Source of the DNA: an uncultured candidate division WWE3 bacterium
GTDB lineage: Bacteria > Patescibacteriota > WWE3 > UBA101185 > UBA10185
Length of the DNA: 64,000 nt
Direction: 5' to 3'
Assembly (NCBI GenBank): GCA_963765125.1
Contig: CAVXUZ010000004.1
Location: forward strand, 792 to 64,791
A model generated the notes under the pieces. It was not told where the DNA came from and ran no database searches. It worked only from the letters and a program-made list of their open reading frames with translations. Within the stretch, counting starts at the first letter, position 1, and each line of letters starts with the position of its first letter. The translations under genes were made by a program, and so were the position numbers. Positions 46,430-55,810 of the stretch are shown piece by piece.

Positions 46430-49290
46430 TAAACGAATCTCTCAGAGTAAATTCTAGACTCCTGACAACCAGTTTGTTTTAGTAAATCAGTCGCACCTTT
46501 AATCATAGCAGGATGCCCACACAAATACGCCGAACAATTCATTGTATCTTTAAAATTTTGTTTAACTAAGTCGGTATTAAATCCTCTTGGGCCTGTCCAC
46601 GCAGGACTTGGCTCATATAAAACGTATTCGTAATTAAATTGTGGATATTTTTGCTTCAAATTGTCAAAAGTATCTTTCCAAAATATTTCTTCTTCACGTG
46701 TTAAACCATAATATAAAGTGTGTGCGGCTGTTGAATGTTCTTCTTCAAGTGACGTTTCGATCATACATCTTAATGCACTAATTCCAGAACCTGTTGCTAA
46801 AAATATTTTGTGGTCTGAACCATCGTCATTATGTAATACAAATACTCCAAATGGTCCTAAGAATTGCATTTTCTCTCCAACTTTTATTTTGTCAAAAAAT
46901 TGTGAACCAGGACCTCCAGGTCTTGTATCAACTAAGAGCGCGTATTTATTTGGACCGAGTTTTGATGCAATCGAGTAAGCTCTAATTGCTGTATCAGAAA
47001 CTTTTACGCTGACGTACTGACCAGCTTTAAAATCAAAAGGCTCGGCTGTCTCAAATTCAAAATAGTTGAATTTTGTTGCTGGCACAGTGTGAACGGTGCA
47101 TGTAGCTTCCTTAAGTTTTGGCCCCACTGCTGGTTTTTTACTTTCTTTGATGATGATTTTTCCATCAACTGCCCAAACGTTATCTTTTGTGACTATTACA
47201 GGATTAATTTCTATATCTGTAGCTTCTGGAATAAGTTCACCCATCTTTCCAACCCTAACGATTAAATCGTAAAGTTTTTCTAATGCGTACTGCGCAACGC
47301 CATCTTTATCTTTCAATAGTGAATAGATTTTTGAACCTTCAACAATCTTTTTTGCGTCGGTTAATTCTACAGGTAATAAATGAATATTCTTATCACCAAT
47401 CAAATCTGCATAATGACCACCTGCTCCAAAAAGAAGCAACGGACCAAATGTCGGGTCGGTTTTTATTCCAATAATTATCTCAACGCCACTCATTACATCT
47501 TTTTGTATTTGAAACGAAATTGTTTTTTTAATTTCGGTACTTAATTTTTCAGCGTTTAATAAAAGATCCATCCAGGCTTTTTCTAAACCTACGTTATCAA
47601 TAATATTTAAGATAACTCCACCGACTTTGTCTTTGTGTATAAGCCCTGGCGCAGACAACTTTAGAACAACTGGCCAACCATTTTCTGCAGCAAACGTTTT
47701 TGCTTCGTCGATACTCACTACATTTTTTGTCGGCGGTGTGTTTATTCCTACAACTTTAAATATTGAGTCGACATCGACGTTACCTACTGTTGTACTCCCT
47801 TCAGTAACTGTTTTTTGAATTATTGTTCTGATAACTCCAGTTTCGGGTGTAATTTCAAAAGGTGTACCAGCAAGTTCTTCTGGGTTGTTGATCTGACGCT
47901 TTTTAAACTGCCACATCGCGGAAAGTGCCTTAATAGCTCTTTCAGGAAATTCAAAAGACGGTATTTTATATTTATTGAGAGCCTTGGTACCTTGCTCGAC
48001 GGCTCTTCCACCGATAAATGAACAAAGTATTGGTTTTGCATATTTTTTAGATAACTCTCCTATTACTTGCGCAGTTTTTTCTGCTTCGGTCATTAGTTGA
48101 GGGGTAAGTAATACAATCAAAGAATCAACTTCGCTGTTTTGTAAAACTATTTCTATTGCTTCGGCAAACCTGTCTGAAAGTGCGTCACCCAAAACGTCTA
48201 CCGGATTAATAATGCTTGCCGATCTTGGTAACACATTTTGTAATTTAGTTTTTGTTGCGTCATCAAATTGAGCGAACTCAAGACCACTAGTTACAACCGA
48301 GTCCGCGCTAATAACTGCCGGCCCACCTGCATTAGAGATTACTGCAACTTTTGGTCCTAATGGAGAATTTTCCCATGCAAACGCACGTGAATAATCAAAA
48401 AATTCTTCGAGTGTGTAACATCTAATCGCACCTGATTGCTTTAAAACTTCGTCGAGTACTGCGTCTTCGCCTGCGATTGCCCCTGTGTGTGATTGCATTG
48501 CTTTTGCAGCCGCTGTGGTTTTTCCTGGCTTAATAATTAATACGGGATCTTTTTTTGATATTTCTGAAATGTAACGTAAAAGTTCTGGGCCATTTGCTAT
48601 CGACTCTAAATATAAACCGATCGGCCTCACATTTGATAACCCCTCAGGAAGATGTGTAACCAGCTGGTCTTGGCTCTGTCTTAAGAAATTAAAAAGAATA
48701 TCGTTTTCAGTGATGCCTGCTTTATTCCCTAAAGTTACAAATTCACTAACCCCAAGACCTGTTGTGTTGCAATAATCAACCAAACTCGCTGCAATTGCAC
48801 CAGATTGTGTTATAAATCTCAAATTTCCAGATTCTTGTACTTTTTCAGCAAACGTGGCGTTCAAAGAGATTTGTGTATTAACAAAACCTAAACAGTTAGG
48901 ACCTAGCAAATTAATTGAAAACTTCTTTGCTATATCGATTAGATTTTTTTCTAGCTTTTCTCCTTCTGCACCGATTTCTTTAAACCCCGCGGACAACACC
49001 ACAACATTTTTTACTCCCTTTTCGCCGAGTTTAGTTACCGCATCACCTACAACAGTTGAAGGAATGCATACTATGGCGAGTTCTGGAACTTCTGGTATCG
49101 CAGATACGTCAACAAACGCAGTAAATCCTTGAATATCTGTAGCGTTTGGGTTAATAGGAAATATTTTTCCACTATAACCAGATTCTTTTATGTTTTTTAC
49201 AACTATTGAACCTAGTTTTTCTGGTGATCTTGATGCTCCGATAATCGCTATCGATTTGGGATAGAAAAAATTCGTCAACTCTGTGGGCAT
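46429..49290 (-). CDS. ADP-forming acetyl-CoA synthetase (fused alpha/beta, NDP-forming acyl-CoA ligase) with C-terminal FNR-like FAD/NAD(P)-binding reductase domain (~last 230 aa, nt ~46429-47130)
   Basis: CoA-binding and ligase-CoA domains, then an ATP-grasp beta domain. The C-terminus carries RAYSIAS (RxYS), GGPGS, GPFG, ATGSGISAL (GxGxxP-like) and YLCGHPAM motifs of the ferredoxin-NADP+ reductase family. Confidence 0.8.
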   Translation of the reverse strand: MPTELTNFFYPKSIAIIGASRSPEKLGSIVVKNIKESGYSGKIFPINPNATDIQGFTAFVDVSAIPEVPELAIVCIPSTVVGDAVTKLGEKGVKNVVVLSAGFKEIGAEGEKLEKNLIDIAKKFSINLLGPNCLGFVNTQISLNATFAEKVQESGNLRFITQSGAIAASLVDYCNTTGLGVSEFVTLGNKAGITENDILFNFLRQSQDQLVTHLPEGLSNVRPIGLYLESIANGPELLRYISEISKKDPVLIIKPGKTTAAAKAMQSHTGAIAGEDAVLDEVLKQSGAIRCYTLEEFFDYSRAFAWENSPLGPKVAVISNAGGPAVISADSVVTSGLEFAQFDDATKTKLQNVLPRSASIINPVDVLGDALSDRFAEAIEIVLQNSEVDSLIVLLTPQLMTEAEKTAQVIGELSKKYAKPILCSFIGGRAVEQGTKALNKYKIPSFEFPERAIKALSAMWQFKKRQINNPEELAGTPFEITPETGVIRTIIQKTVTEGSTTVGNVDVDSIFKVVGINTPPTKNVVSIDEAKTFAAENGWPVVLKLSAPGLIHKDKVGGVILNIIDNVGLEKAWMDLLLNAEKLSTEIKKTISFQIQKDVMSGVEIIIGIKTDPTFGPLLLFGAGGHYADLIGDKNIHLLPVELTDAKKIVEGSKIYSLLKDKDGVAQYALEKLYDLIVRVGKMGELIPEATDIEINPVIVTKDNVWAVDGKIIIKESKKPAVGPKLKEATCTVHTVPATKFNYFEFETAEPFDFKAGQYVSVKVSDTAIRAYSIASKLGPNKYALLVDTRPGGPGSQFFDKIKVGEKMQFLGPFGVFVLHNDDGSDHKIFLATGSGISALRCMIETSLEEEHSTAAHTLYYGLTREEEIFWKDTFDNLKQKYPQFNYEYVLYEPSPAWTGPRGFNTDLVKQNFKDTMNCSAYLCGHPAMIKGATDLLKQTGCQESRIYSERFV

Positions 49291-49360
49291 ACGTTCAGTT
49301 TATTGGAGTTTACAGCAGGTGTCAAAGACCTAAACCTTCAACTCCTGTTAAAATAAAGGG

Positions 49361-50293
49361 GTGAAGAAACTAATTAGTTTTATAGTTCTTATAGCCCTGG
49401 TAGCAGTTATTTATCTTAATTTTTCTAACATAAAAGCTTACTACAATAGATGGGTAGTATTTTCTTTTTGTGACAACCCAATTACATATAGGGTTGGTGA
49501 AATTGACCCCAAATTTAATCTCAACAATGACGAGCTTAAAAAATACATTGATGAAGGAGCAGACGTTTGGAATACAATGCTAGGTAAAAAACTGTTTATT
49601 TACGATTCCAATTCAGAACTCGAAATAAGTCTTGTTTATGACGAAAGGCAAGAGACGATGAAAAAAGTTAGTGATGAGAGAACACAGGTCGAAAAACAAA
49701 AAGCTACATATGATAGAGAACTTGCAGATTTTGAAAATGAAAAGCAAACGGTGCAAGCTTCCCTAAATAAATTAAATGATGAAATTCAGTACTGGAATTC
49801 AAAAGGTGGCGCGCCTGAAGATGTCTATGATGACTTAATCAACAAGCAAAAAATAATTCAAAAGGACATCGATAGAATTAATCAAGAAACAGAAAGAATA
49901 AATTCATTAGTAGATAGATTAAATAACGAGATAGAAAACCTTAATGATAAAGTGAGCAAATTCAATAATATTTTAACTACAAAACCGGAGCAGGGGCTTT
50001 TTATTGGTGGTGCAAAAAGAATTGAAATATACATATATGATGATAAAAATAGTTTTGTTCACACAATTGCGCATGAGCTCGGTCACGCGCTAGGTCTAGA
50101 CCACACAGACGCGGATCTAGCAATAATGAACCCAACCTCCTCGCCAGATTCAAAAGTAACCGAGGCAGATAAAGAACTGCTGGCAGCGCTCTGTTCCGAA
50201 CAAGATAGAATGCAACTATTTGTAAATGACACCAAAATGATTATCCAAAGACTCTTTTCTGAATTGAAAAATGTGATACCATTGAAAACATGA
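49361..50293 (+). CDS. Secreted zinc metalloprotease (matrixin/M10-like) with coiled-coil region
   Basis: HELGHALGLDHTDADLAIM (HExxHxxGxxH + Met-turn), N-terminal TM. Confidence 0.65.
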   Translation: MKKLISFIVLIALVAVIYLNFSNIKAYYNRWVVFSFCDNPITYRVGEIDPKFNLNNDELKKYIDEGADVWNTMLGKKLFIYDSNSELEISLVYDERQETMKKVSDERTQVEKQKATYDRELADFENEKQTVQASLNKLNDEIQYWNSKGGAPEDVYDDLINKQKIIQKDIDRINQETERINSLVDRLNNEIENLNDKVSKFNNILTTKPEQGLFIGGAKRIEIYIYDDKNSFVHTIAHELGHALGLDHTDADLAIMNPTSSPDSKVTEADKELLAALCSEQDRMQLFVNDTKMIIQRLFSELKNVIPLKT

Positions 50294-50697
50294 AAAAATC
50301 AATAAAGTTTATACTCATTGCAACATTATTAATTGTTGTTTACTCATTTTTAAAGAGAAAGCCATTAGATAAAATTGAATTTTCAGAAAATATTAATGAT
50401 GTAGTTTCACCTGTCGAAAGAGTTGCAAACTATAGAGCTGATTTTGGATTGTGTCAAAAAGGTTTGAAAATTGAAATTCCTTCTAAATCTGGTTCGTCAA
50501 AGTTATTTATTAACGATAAAACTGAAACTGACTGTATTGCTCAAACTATTTTTGAATCACAAGGTGGTTTTTTTACAAATGATTGTCTAATACCACTTTC
50601 CACAGGAACTGTCGTCTTTAATGGTGAGAACTTTGAAGAAATCTCAAACTACTGCCAAATAAACTCAACCGGTACCGGTCTCCTCGAACTTAATTAA
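50290..50697 (+). CDS. Secreted hypothetical protein
   Basis: ORF with signal/TM. Confidence 0.45.
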   Translation: MKKSIKFILIATLLIVVYSFLKRKPLDKIEFSENINDVVSPVERVANYRADFGLCQKGLKIEIPSKSGSSKLFINDKTETDCIAQTIFESQGGFFTNDCLIPLSTGTVVFNGENFEEISNYCQINSTGTGLLELN

Positions 50698-50720
50698 GTG
50701 CTATATTAGTTTTATTCTTT

Positions 50721-52268
50721 ATGGAAATAAACAAAATATTGCCATTTATCGCGATTTTCTTAGTTTTAGCCTTAATTACTGTAATTGTACTTTTCTCACC
50801 AAGGACTAAGGGCGAGAAAATAGTCGAAAACATCATCAACACAGCAAAAAACAACATTTCTGAAAAAATAAGAAAAAGTTCAGTTGCAGGTCAATTTTAT
50901 ACAGACGACCCACAAAAACTGTCTTTAGAGCTAGAAAACTATATTAATTCCGCCAGTAAAATACAAACGCAAGGCAAGTTAAGAATACTTGTTTCACCGC
51001 ACGCAGGAACACAATACTCTGGAAAAACCGCGGGGGCTGCGTTTAAGCAAATTGATCCTAAAAATTATAAAAGGGTGATTATTCTTGGAGTAAGCCACGA
51101 GAATGTTATTAATAAAGCTGCTGTAATTTCAAAAGGATACTGGGATACCCCTCTTGGTAAATTACATATTGACGAAGAAGCCGCTAAAAAAATAGTTAAC
51201 GGTCATAATATTATCGAGAATGATACTGCACATAACAACGAGCACTCAATTGAATTAATTGGAATATTTGTTAAATACTTGTTTGGTGATGTAAAAATAG
51301 TACCTATTCTTCTCGGTCAAACTGATGATACATTATTAAATTCTTTAGCGTACACTATTGCAAATAATTTTGACGATGAAACATTACTCATCGTAAGTAC
51401 TGATCTTTCGCACTATCCAAATTGGGACGATGCGGTGAAATCAGATACTAATGTTATTAATTCTCTACTTACAGGAAATATAAATACTTTTGAAAATGCA
51501 GTTTTAGAAAATAAATCTGCAAATTATCCCAATCACAGTACATCAGCCTGTGGCTACGAACCACTAAGAGTCGCACTTAAAATATCAGATATTTTAAAGT
51601 TTAAAGAAATTAAAAAAATTGATTACACAAATTCAGGTGATATTACTGGGGACAAATCTCGTGTTGTGGGATACGGCGCTGTAGGCTTCTATAGCAACGA
51701 TATTACGCCCGTCACCTTAAGCCAAAATGCCAAACAAGAACTTCTAAGACTTGCACGCGCTACGATTGAAAGTTATGTAAAAAGTAACACTATTTTAAAT
51801 TTTGCACCGATAAATGATGAGCTCTTTTTACCGCTCGGCGCATTTGTAACATTAACAGAAAATGATCAGCTTCGTGGCTGCATCGGAGAATTTGAACCTA
51901 ATTACCCTCTATACGAAGTCATTCAAAGCGTGTCGATTTCTTCGGCTACCAAAGATCCTAGATTTAGACCAGTCACTACAGCAGAATTAGATAAAATTAA
52001 TATTGAGATCTCCACGATGACTCCTCAAGTACAGATATATGATTGGAAAGATATTAAACTAGGAGTTCATGGTGTAAGAATACAAAACGGTAATAAATCT
52101 GGAACTTTTCTTCCACAGGTAGCAACAGATAACAAATGGGATTTAGAAACGTTTTTACAAAATCTTTGTACTGAAAAAGCTAATCTTGATGAGGACTGTT
52201 ATAAAAATCCAGAAACAAAGATATACGTATTTGAAACTGACATTTTTGAAGAAACTCACGAAAACTAG
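50721..52268 (+). CDS. Fused AmmeMemoRadiSam system protein B (MEMO1-like) + protein A (AMMECR1 domain)
   Basis: SPHAGTQYSG...GVSH Memo-like N-terminal half; LGAFVTLTE...LRGCIGEFEP AMMECR1 signature in C-terminal half. Confidence 0.7.
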   Translation: MEINKILPFIAIFLVLALITVIVLFSPRTKGEKIVENIINTAKNNISEKIRKSSVAGQFYTDDPQKLSLELENYINSASKIQTQGKLRILVSPHAGTQYSGKTAGAAFKQIDPKNYKRVIILGVSHENVINKAAVISKGYWDTPLGKLHIDEEAAKKIVNGHNIIENDTAHNNEHSIELIGIFVKYLFGDVKIVPILLGQTDDTLLNSLAYTIANNFDDETLLIVSTDLSHYPNWDDAVKSDTNVINSLLTGNINTFENAVLENKSANYPNHSTSACGYEPLRVALKISDILKFKEIKKIDYTNSGDITGDKSRVVGYGAVGFYSNDITPVTLSQNAKQELLRLARATIESYVKSNTILNFAPINDELFLPLGAFVTLTENDQLRGCIGEFEPNYPLYEVIQSVSISSATKDPRFRPVTTAELDKINIEISTMTPQVQIYDWKDIKLGVHGVRIQNGNKSGTFLPQVATDNKWDLETFLQNLCTEKANLDEDCYKNPETKIYVFETDIFEETHEN

Positions 52269-54019
52269 TTTGACTTTAATGCAAGTTCTATATCATTAAG
52301 TCGTTTAAGTGCGTATTGATTATTTGGGTCGATAGCTAGCGACCTCTCAAAAAGTTTTTTAGAATCTTCGTAATTACCTAGTTCGAAATAAAATTCTGCA
52401 ACGTTAAGGTTGTACTCGATTTGCTCCATATCAAGCGCTAAAGCCCTATTTAAGAAGAATGAGATTGTCTTAATATCAGAGTTTTTCTCACTTTCACGTT
52501 TTGCATAATCAAAAAAATCCCTTGCTCTATTAGCATCCTGCGTAGGCTTGGCATAATCTTCTCTGTATATAAGAGGTCCGAATTGAATGTAAATATATCC
52601 AAGGTTGCTAATTGCTGTACCAGACGTAGGAATTACTGTTAAACCTTTTTCATAAAACGCAACTGCTTTTTTAATATCACCCTTCATAAAATAATGTCCA
52701 CCTACATCGTTGTATGGCCTTACACTTAACGGCGATGCTTTCATTGTTGCGTATGCCAATGTTTCAGTATCTTGCCAATCATTATTTCTCATTATCGTTC
52801 GAACAGAGTATATAATTAGAAGCAAACCAAAAGCTCCATAAATAAAGAATTTATTTTTCCATTTAGATTCAAGCTTCTCAAATAATAATGCAACCATGAT
52901 TGCAAAAAATGCAGTTCCTGTATAAAGATACCTTTCTGCTAAAAACCATGTAATTTTTATTGGGGAGTACGCCGGCGCAATTAATATGGGTAATATTATT
53001 AAGAGTCCTGTTAACTTTCTGTTTCTTTTCCAAAAATAAATAATGAGAGAAACGTAGGCGATAAATGCTGTGTACATGGATAAATAAAGAAGTGGCGTTA
53101 CTGCCATTCCATCATAGTAGACAGATAAATTCTTAGGAAAAAGATATAAGCCTGACATCAAATACGTGGTATACGGATAACCTTGTACGACAGGTATAAA
53201 CGACTGTGTGTTTATCGTTATTCTCGTTCCGCCTTCGCTTCTAGTATTCAATCTATTTGCGTAAATATCAGGAAAAACTGTAGCAAGATATACGCCAATT
53301 GGGATGAGCAATAAAATCACCCACCATAATTTTTTAATATTTAACTTTTTCTCAAAAAAGAATTGGTCTAGAACTACAAGTGCCATAGGAGTTACTAAAA
53401 CCCACGGAGACCTGAGTAATATTATCTGCAAAATGTATAAAACAATCATCACGGATAAATAAATATATTTGCTTTTGTTGCTTTTTTTGAATAGCAGGTA
53501 AAAAAGAAATATTAAGAGATTAAACAAACCTGTATATAGATACGGGCTGCCACTTATCCAAGTGGATGCCTCTGTGTTTATTGGGTGAACTAAAAATACT
53601 AACGACGCAATAATCGCCTTTTTCTGATCAAATAAAAGGTACACAAAAAAGTACACCAAGATGCTGGCTGTTAAATGCAACGCTAGCGAAACAATTCTTA
53701 ATGGCAAAGGGTTATATTGAAAAAAATGATATGAAATAGCGTAAACGGTTTTTTGTATGCTTAGTGATTTTACAGTTGCAACCAAATCTTTAATATTTTC
53801 GTCATAAACAAACCCCTGTATATCGTCAACTAACGTTAGCTGGTTGTCCAATGAATTAAAATAAACCCCCAAACCAATCAGTAGAAGAACAACAATCACT
53901 ATTAGGTGCATAAAAAGCCTGCTTTTTTTAGTGTTAGTTTCAGTGACAACAACAGCTTTTTCTACGTCTCTTTGCTCTTTTTGAAGTTCAATTTTCTGCT
54001 TCCTTGTCAGTTTAACCAT
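52265..54019 (-). CDS. Polytopic membrane protein (GT-C/PMT-like fold) with C-terminal TPR repeats
   Basis: ~11 TM helices then TPR-like repeats (AVAFYEKG..., AEFYFELGNYEDSKKLFERSLAIDPNN). Confidence 0.55.
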   Translation of the reverse strand: MVKLTRKQKIELQKEQRDVEKAVVVTETNTKKSRLFMHLIVIVVLLLIGLGVYFNSLDNQLTLVDDIQGFVYDENIKDLVATVKSLSIQKTVYAISYHFFQYNPLPLRIVSLALHLTASILVYFFVYLLFDQKKAIIASLVFLVHPINTEASTWISGSPYLYTGLFNLLIFLFYLLFKKSNKSKYIYLSVMIVLYILQIILLRSPWVLVTPMALVVLDQFFFEKKLNIKKLWWVILLLIPIGVYLATVFPDIYANRLNTRSEGGTRITINTQSFIPVVQGYPYTTYLMSGLYLFPKNLSVYYDGMAVTPLLYLSMYTAFIAYVSLIIYFWKRNRKLTGLLIILPILIAPAYSPIKITWFLAERYLYTGTAFFAIMVALLFEKLESKWKNKFFIYGAFGLLLIIYSVRTIMRNNDWQDTETLAYATMKASPLSVRPYNDVGGHYFMKGDIKKAVAFYEKGLTVIPTSGTAISNLGYIYIQFGPLIYREDYAKPTQDANRARDFFDYAKRESEKNSDIKTISFFLNRALALDMEQIEYNLNVAEFYFELGNYEDSKKLFERSLAIDPNNQYALKRLNDIELALKSN

Positions 54020-54048
54020 ATTTTATGATTTTATCATTCTGGGAGGAT

Positions 54049-54732
54049 TTATGAATCTTTATAACAAAATATTGAGGATTCTTCATTACCTTTGTACACC
54101 AGCGCGGGATACTCGTTAAAGTCAGATTCGAAATCATTTAGTCTGTGCATTAAACCGCTTTTTGCCTCGGTGTTTAAAATAACAAAATTTTTTGAAAAAT
54201 ACTGGCCAATGCACTGAACCGTCGCTGTTAATCTTATCTTTTGGTGTTCGGCGTGTTCATAGGCTATAAAATATTTGTTGCTAACAACTGGCTCTGTGTG
54301 TGGAAATATTCCAGCAGTACTTCCATCTTCACCCATACTCATAATAGATACGACTTTTCCAGCATAAAGTTGCATTAATTCTAGTAACTCGCTTTCATAC
54401 CCACTTGCTTCAACTTTTGGATTAGAAAGGTTCGCACTTAGTATTGAATGAAATTCTGATTTCTCCCACATTACACGCCCAATAATTCCCGAGTCTTTTA
54501 ATAAAAGTTCATGGCTATCTCGGTGCTGATTTGATGCACCCCACACCTCGTCTACCATTGCAACATGTTTAGGAAAAGGAAAATTAAAACTTGTAGATAT
54601 GTGTTTGTAAAGATCGGTTAATGAATTGCCCCCAGATAACATTAATAAATAGTCTTTTGTGCCGATCGCGTTCAACGCCTCGATCACTCGCTGGTTCGCT
54701 TCTAGTTTAGAATTTAAATCAAAGATGTTCAT
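54049..54732 (-). CDS. 6-phosphogluconolactonase / glucosamine-6-P deaminase family
   Basis: SMGEDGSTAGIFPH matches the GxGxDGHTAS(L/I)FP motif. Confidence 0.55.
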   Translation of the reverse strand: MNIFDLNSKLEANQRVIEALNAIGTKDYLLMLSGGNSLTDLYKHISTSFNFPFPKHVAMVDEVWGASNQHRDSHELLLKDSGIIGRVMWEKSEFHSILSANLSNPKVEASGYESELLELMQLYAGKVVSIMSMGEDGSTAGIFPHTEPVVSNKYFIAYEHAEHQKIRLTATVQCIGQYFSKNFVILNTEAKSGLMHRLNDFESDFNEYPALVYKGNEESSIFCYKDS

Positions 54733-54796
54733 ATGAAAATCACAACAATAACCACTCTACCGTTTTGATTATGATATCATGCGACTTCAGTCTTTT

Positions 54797-55102
54797 TTAG
54801 TAGTCAATATCAGACAAATCCTCAGATTCATCTATAGACAAAATGATATTATCGAGCTCTTCCATTGCGTCGTTATCTATAACCGCCGGAGTTGCCTTTG
54901 GTTCTGCAATCTCTTCAAATTTAGGCATATCCTCATTTTTTGACTCTTCACTTGTAACAACAGTCTCGGTATTGTCTTTCATCATGTTCTGTGAAGTTGT
55001 TGTATCTTTAAAATAAAGAAATATACCTACAATTAAAACCGCTGCAATTAACAAGAGCACACCTGCGGACACTCCTTTACCATCTCTTTGAAATATATTC
55101 AT
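54797..55102 (-). CDS. Small acidic membrane-anchored protein
   Basis: ORF with TM. Confidence 0.4.
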   Translation of the reverse strand: MNIFQRDGKGVSAGVLLLIAAVLIVGIFLYFKDTTTSQNMMKDNTETVVTSEESKNEDMPKFEEIAEPKATPAVIDNDAMEELDNIILSIDESEDLSDIDY

Positions 55103-55104
55103 TT

Positions 55105-55773
55105 TTACTCGTCCTCCATTTCTTCAGAACTATTTAATTCTACGGCTTGGGTACGTAAATCTTTGATGTCTTCTCTTATTTCATCTCGATAAAATTCTCT
55201 GATGGCAATTCTCTGATCTCTTACTGATTTAAGAAGTTCTTTTGAATCTGCTAAGTATTCTCTAAAATCTTCGTCCTTATCACCGCAGGCGTATCCTCTA
55301 ACATTATCGATAGAGTCAATTAGTTGAGCTAAAAGATCAGAGTAATCTCCAACCATCACGTCGAGTGACTCAATATCTACCTCAAGAGCCTCAGTATCAA
55401 GACCAAACTCCTGCATTCTCGCAACAATATTTCTAAGTTTATCTAGTAGCTCCGTGTACATGTTGCCATGGTTTAATCTATGTTCTCTAAATCTCTCTAC
55501 TCTTCCGTCAACACGCTCCTCAATGTTTTCGCACACTCTTTCACGACGCTCTTCCTTGTTCTCATCAAAAAGGTTGAGCTTTCCTCGAATGTCGATTTTC
55601 GTTTTATCAACTTCGATCTGCTCCATCGCAGGTTTATCTGTGCCGAAAATATTAAGCTTACTCTTCAGCTTTGAATTACCAGATAAATCTGGCATCTCTG
55701 CGCTGACAACTGGAATAAACAAAAATAAGAAAATTAGTACAAAAAACGTTGGAAATAGTATTTTTTTGTTCAT
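55105..55773 (-). CDS. Secreted highly charged (E/R/D-rich) hypothetical protein
   Basis: Signal peptide; repetitive RE-rich helical segments. Confidence 0.45.
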   Translation of the reverse strand: MNKKILFPTFFVLIFLFLFIPVVSAEMPDLSGNSKLKSKLNIFGTDKPAMEQIEVDKTKIDIRGKLNLFDENKEERRERVCENIEERVDGRVERFREHRLNHGNMYTELLDKLRNIVARMQEFGLDTEALEVDIESLDVMVGDYSDLLAQLIDSIDNVRGYACGDKDEDFREYLADSKELLKSVRDQRIAIREFYRDEIREDIKDLRTQAVELNSSEEMEDE

Positions 55774-55810
55774 AGATTTAGAATAGTTCAGGGGACTGCT
55801 CCTGTCAAAC

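Noticed and set aside
46718-49132. Multiple 60-92 aa ORFs on the plus strand inside the acetyl-CoA synthetase gene (46718..46978, 46794..46985, 47283..47474, 47627..47818, 47815..48021, 48854..49132) and a minus-strand one (47820..48041)
   Set aside because: They are fully embedded in a long, well-supported minus-strand CDS, have low-complexity S/T/L-rich translations, and lack start context. They are antisense artefacts.
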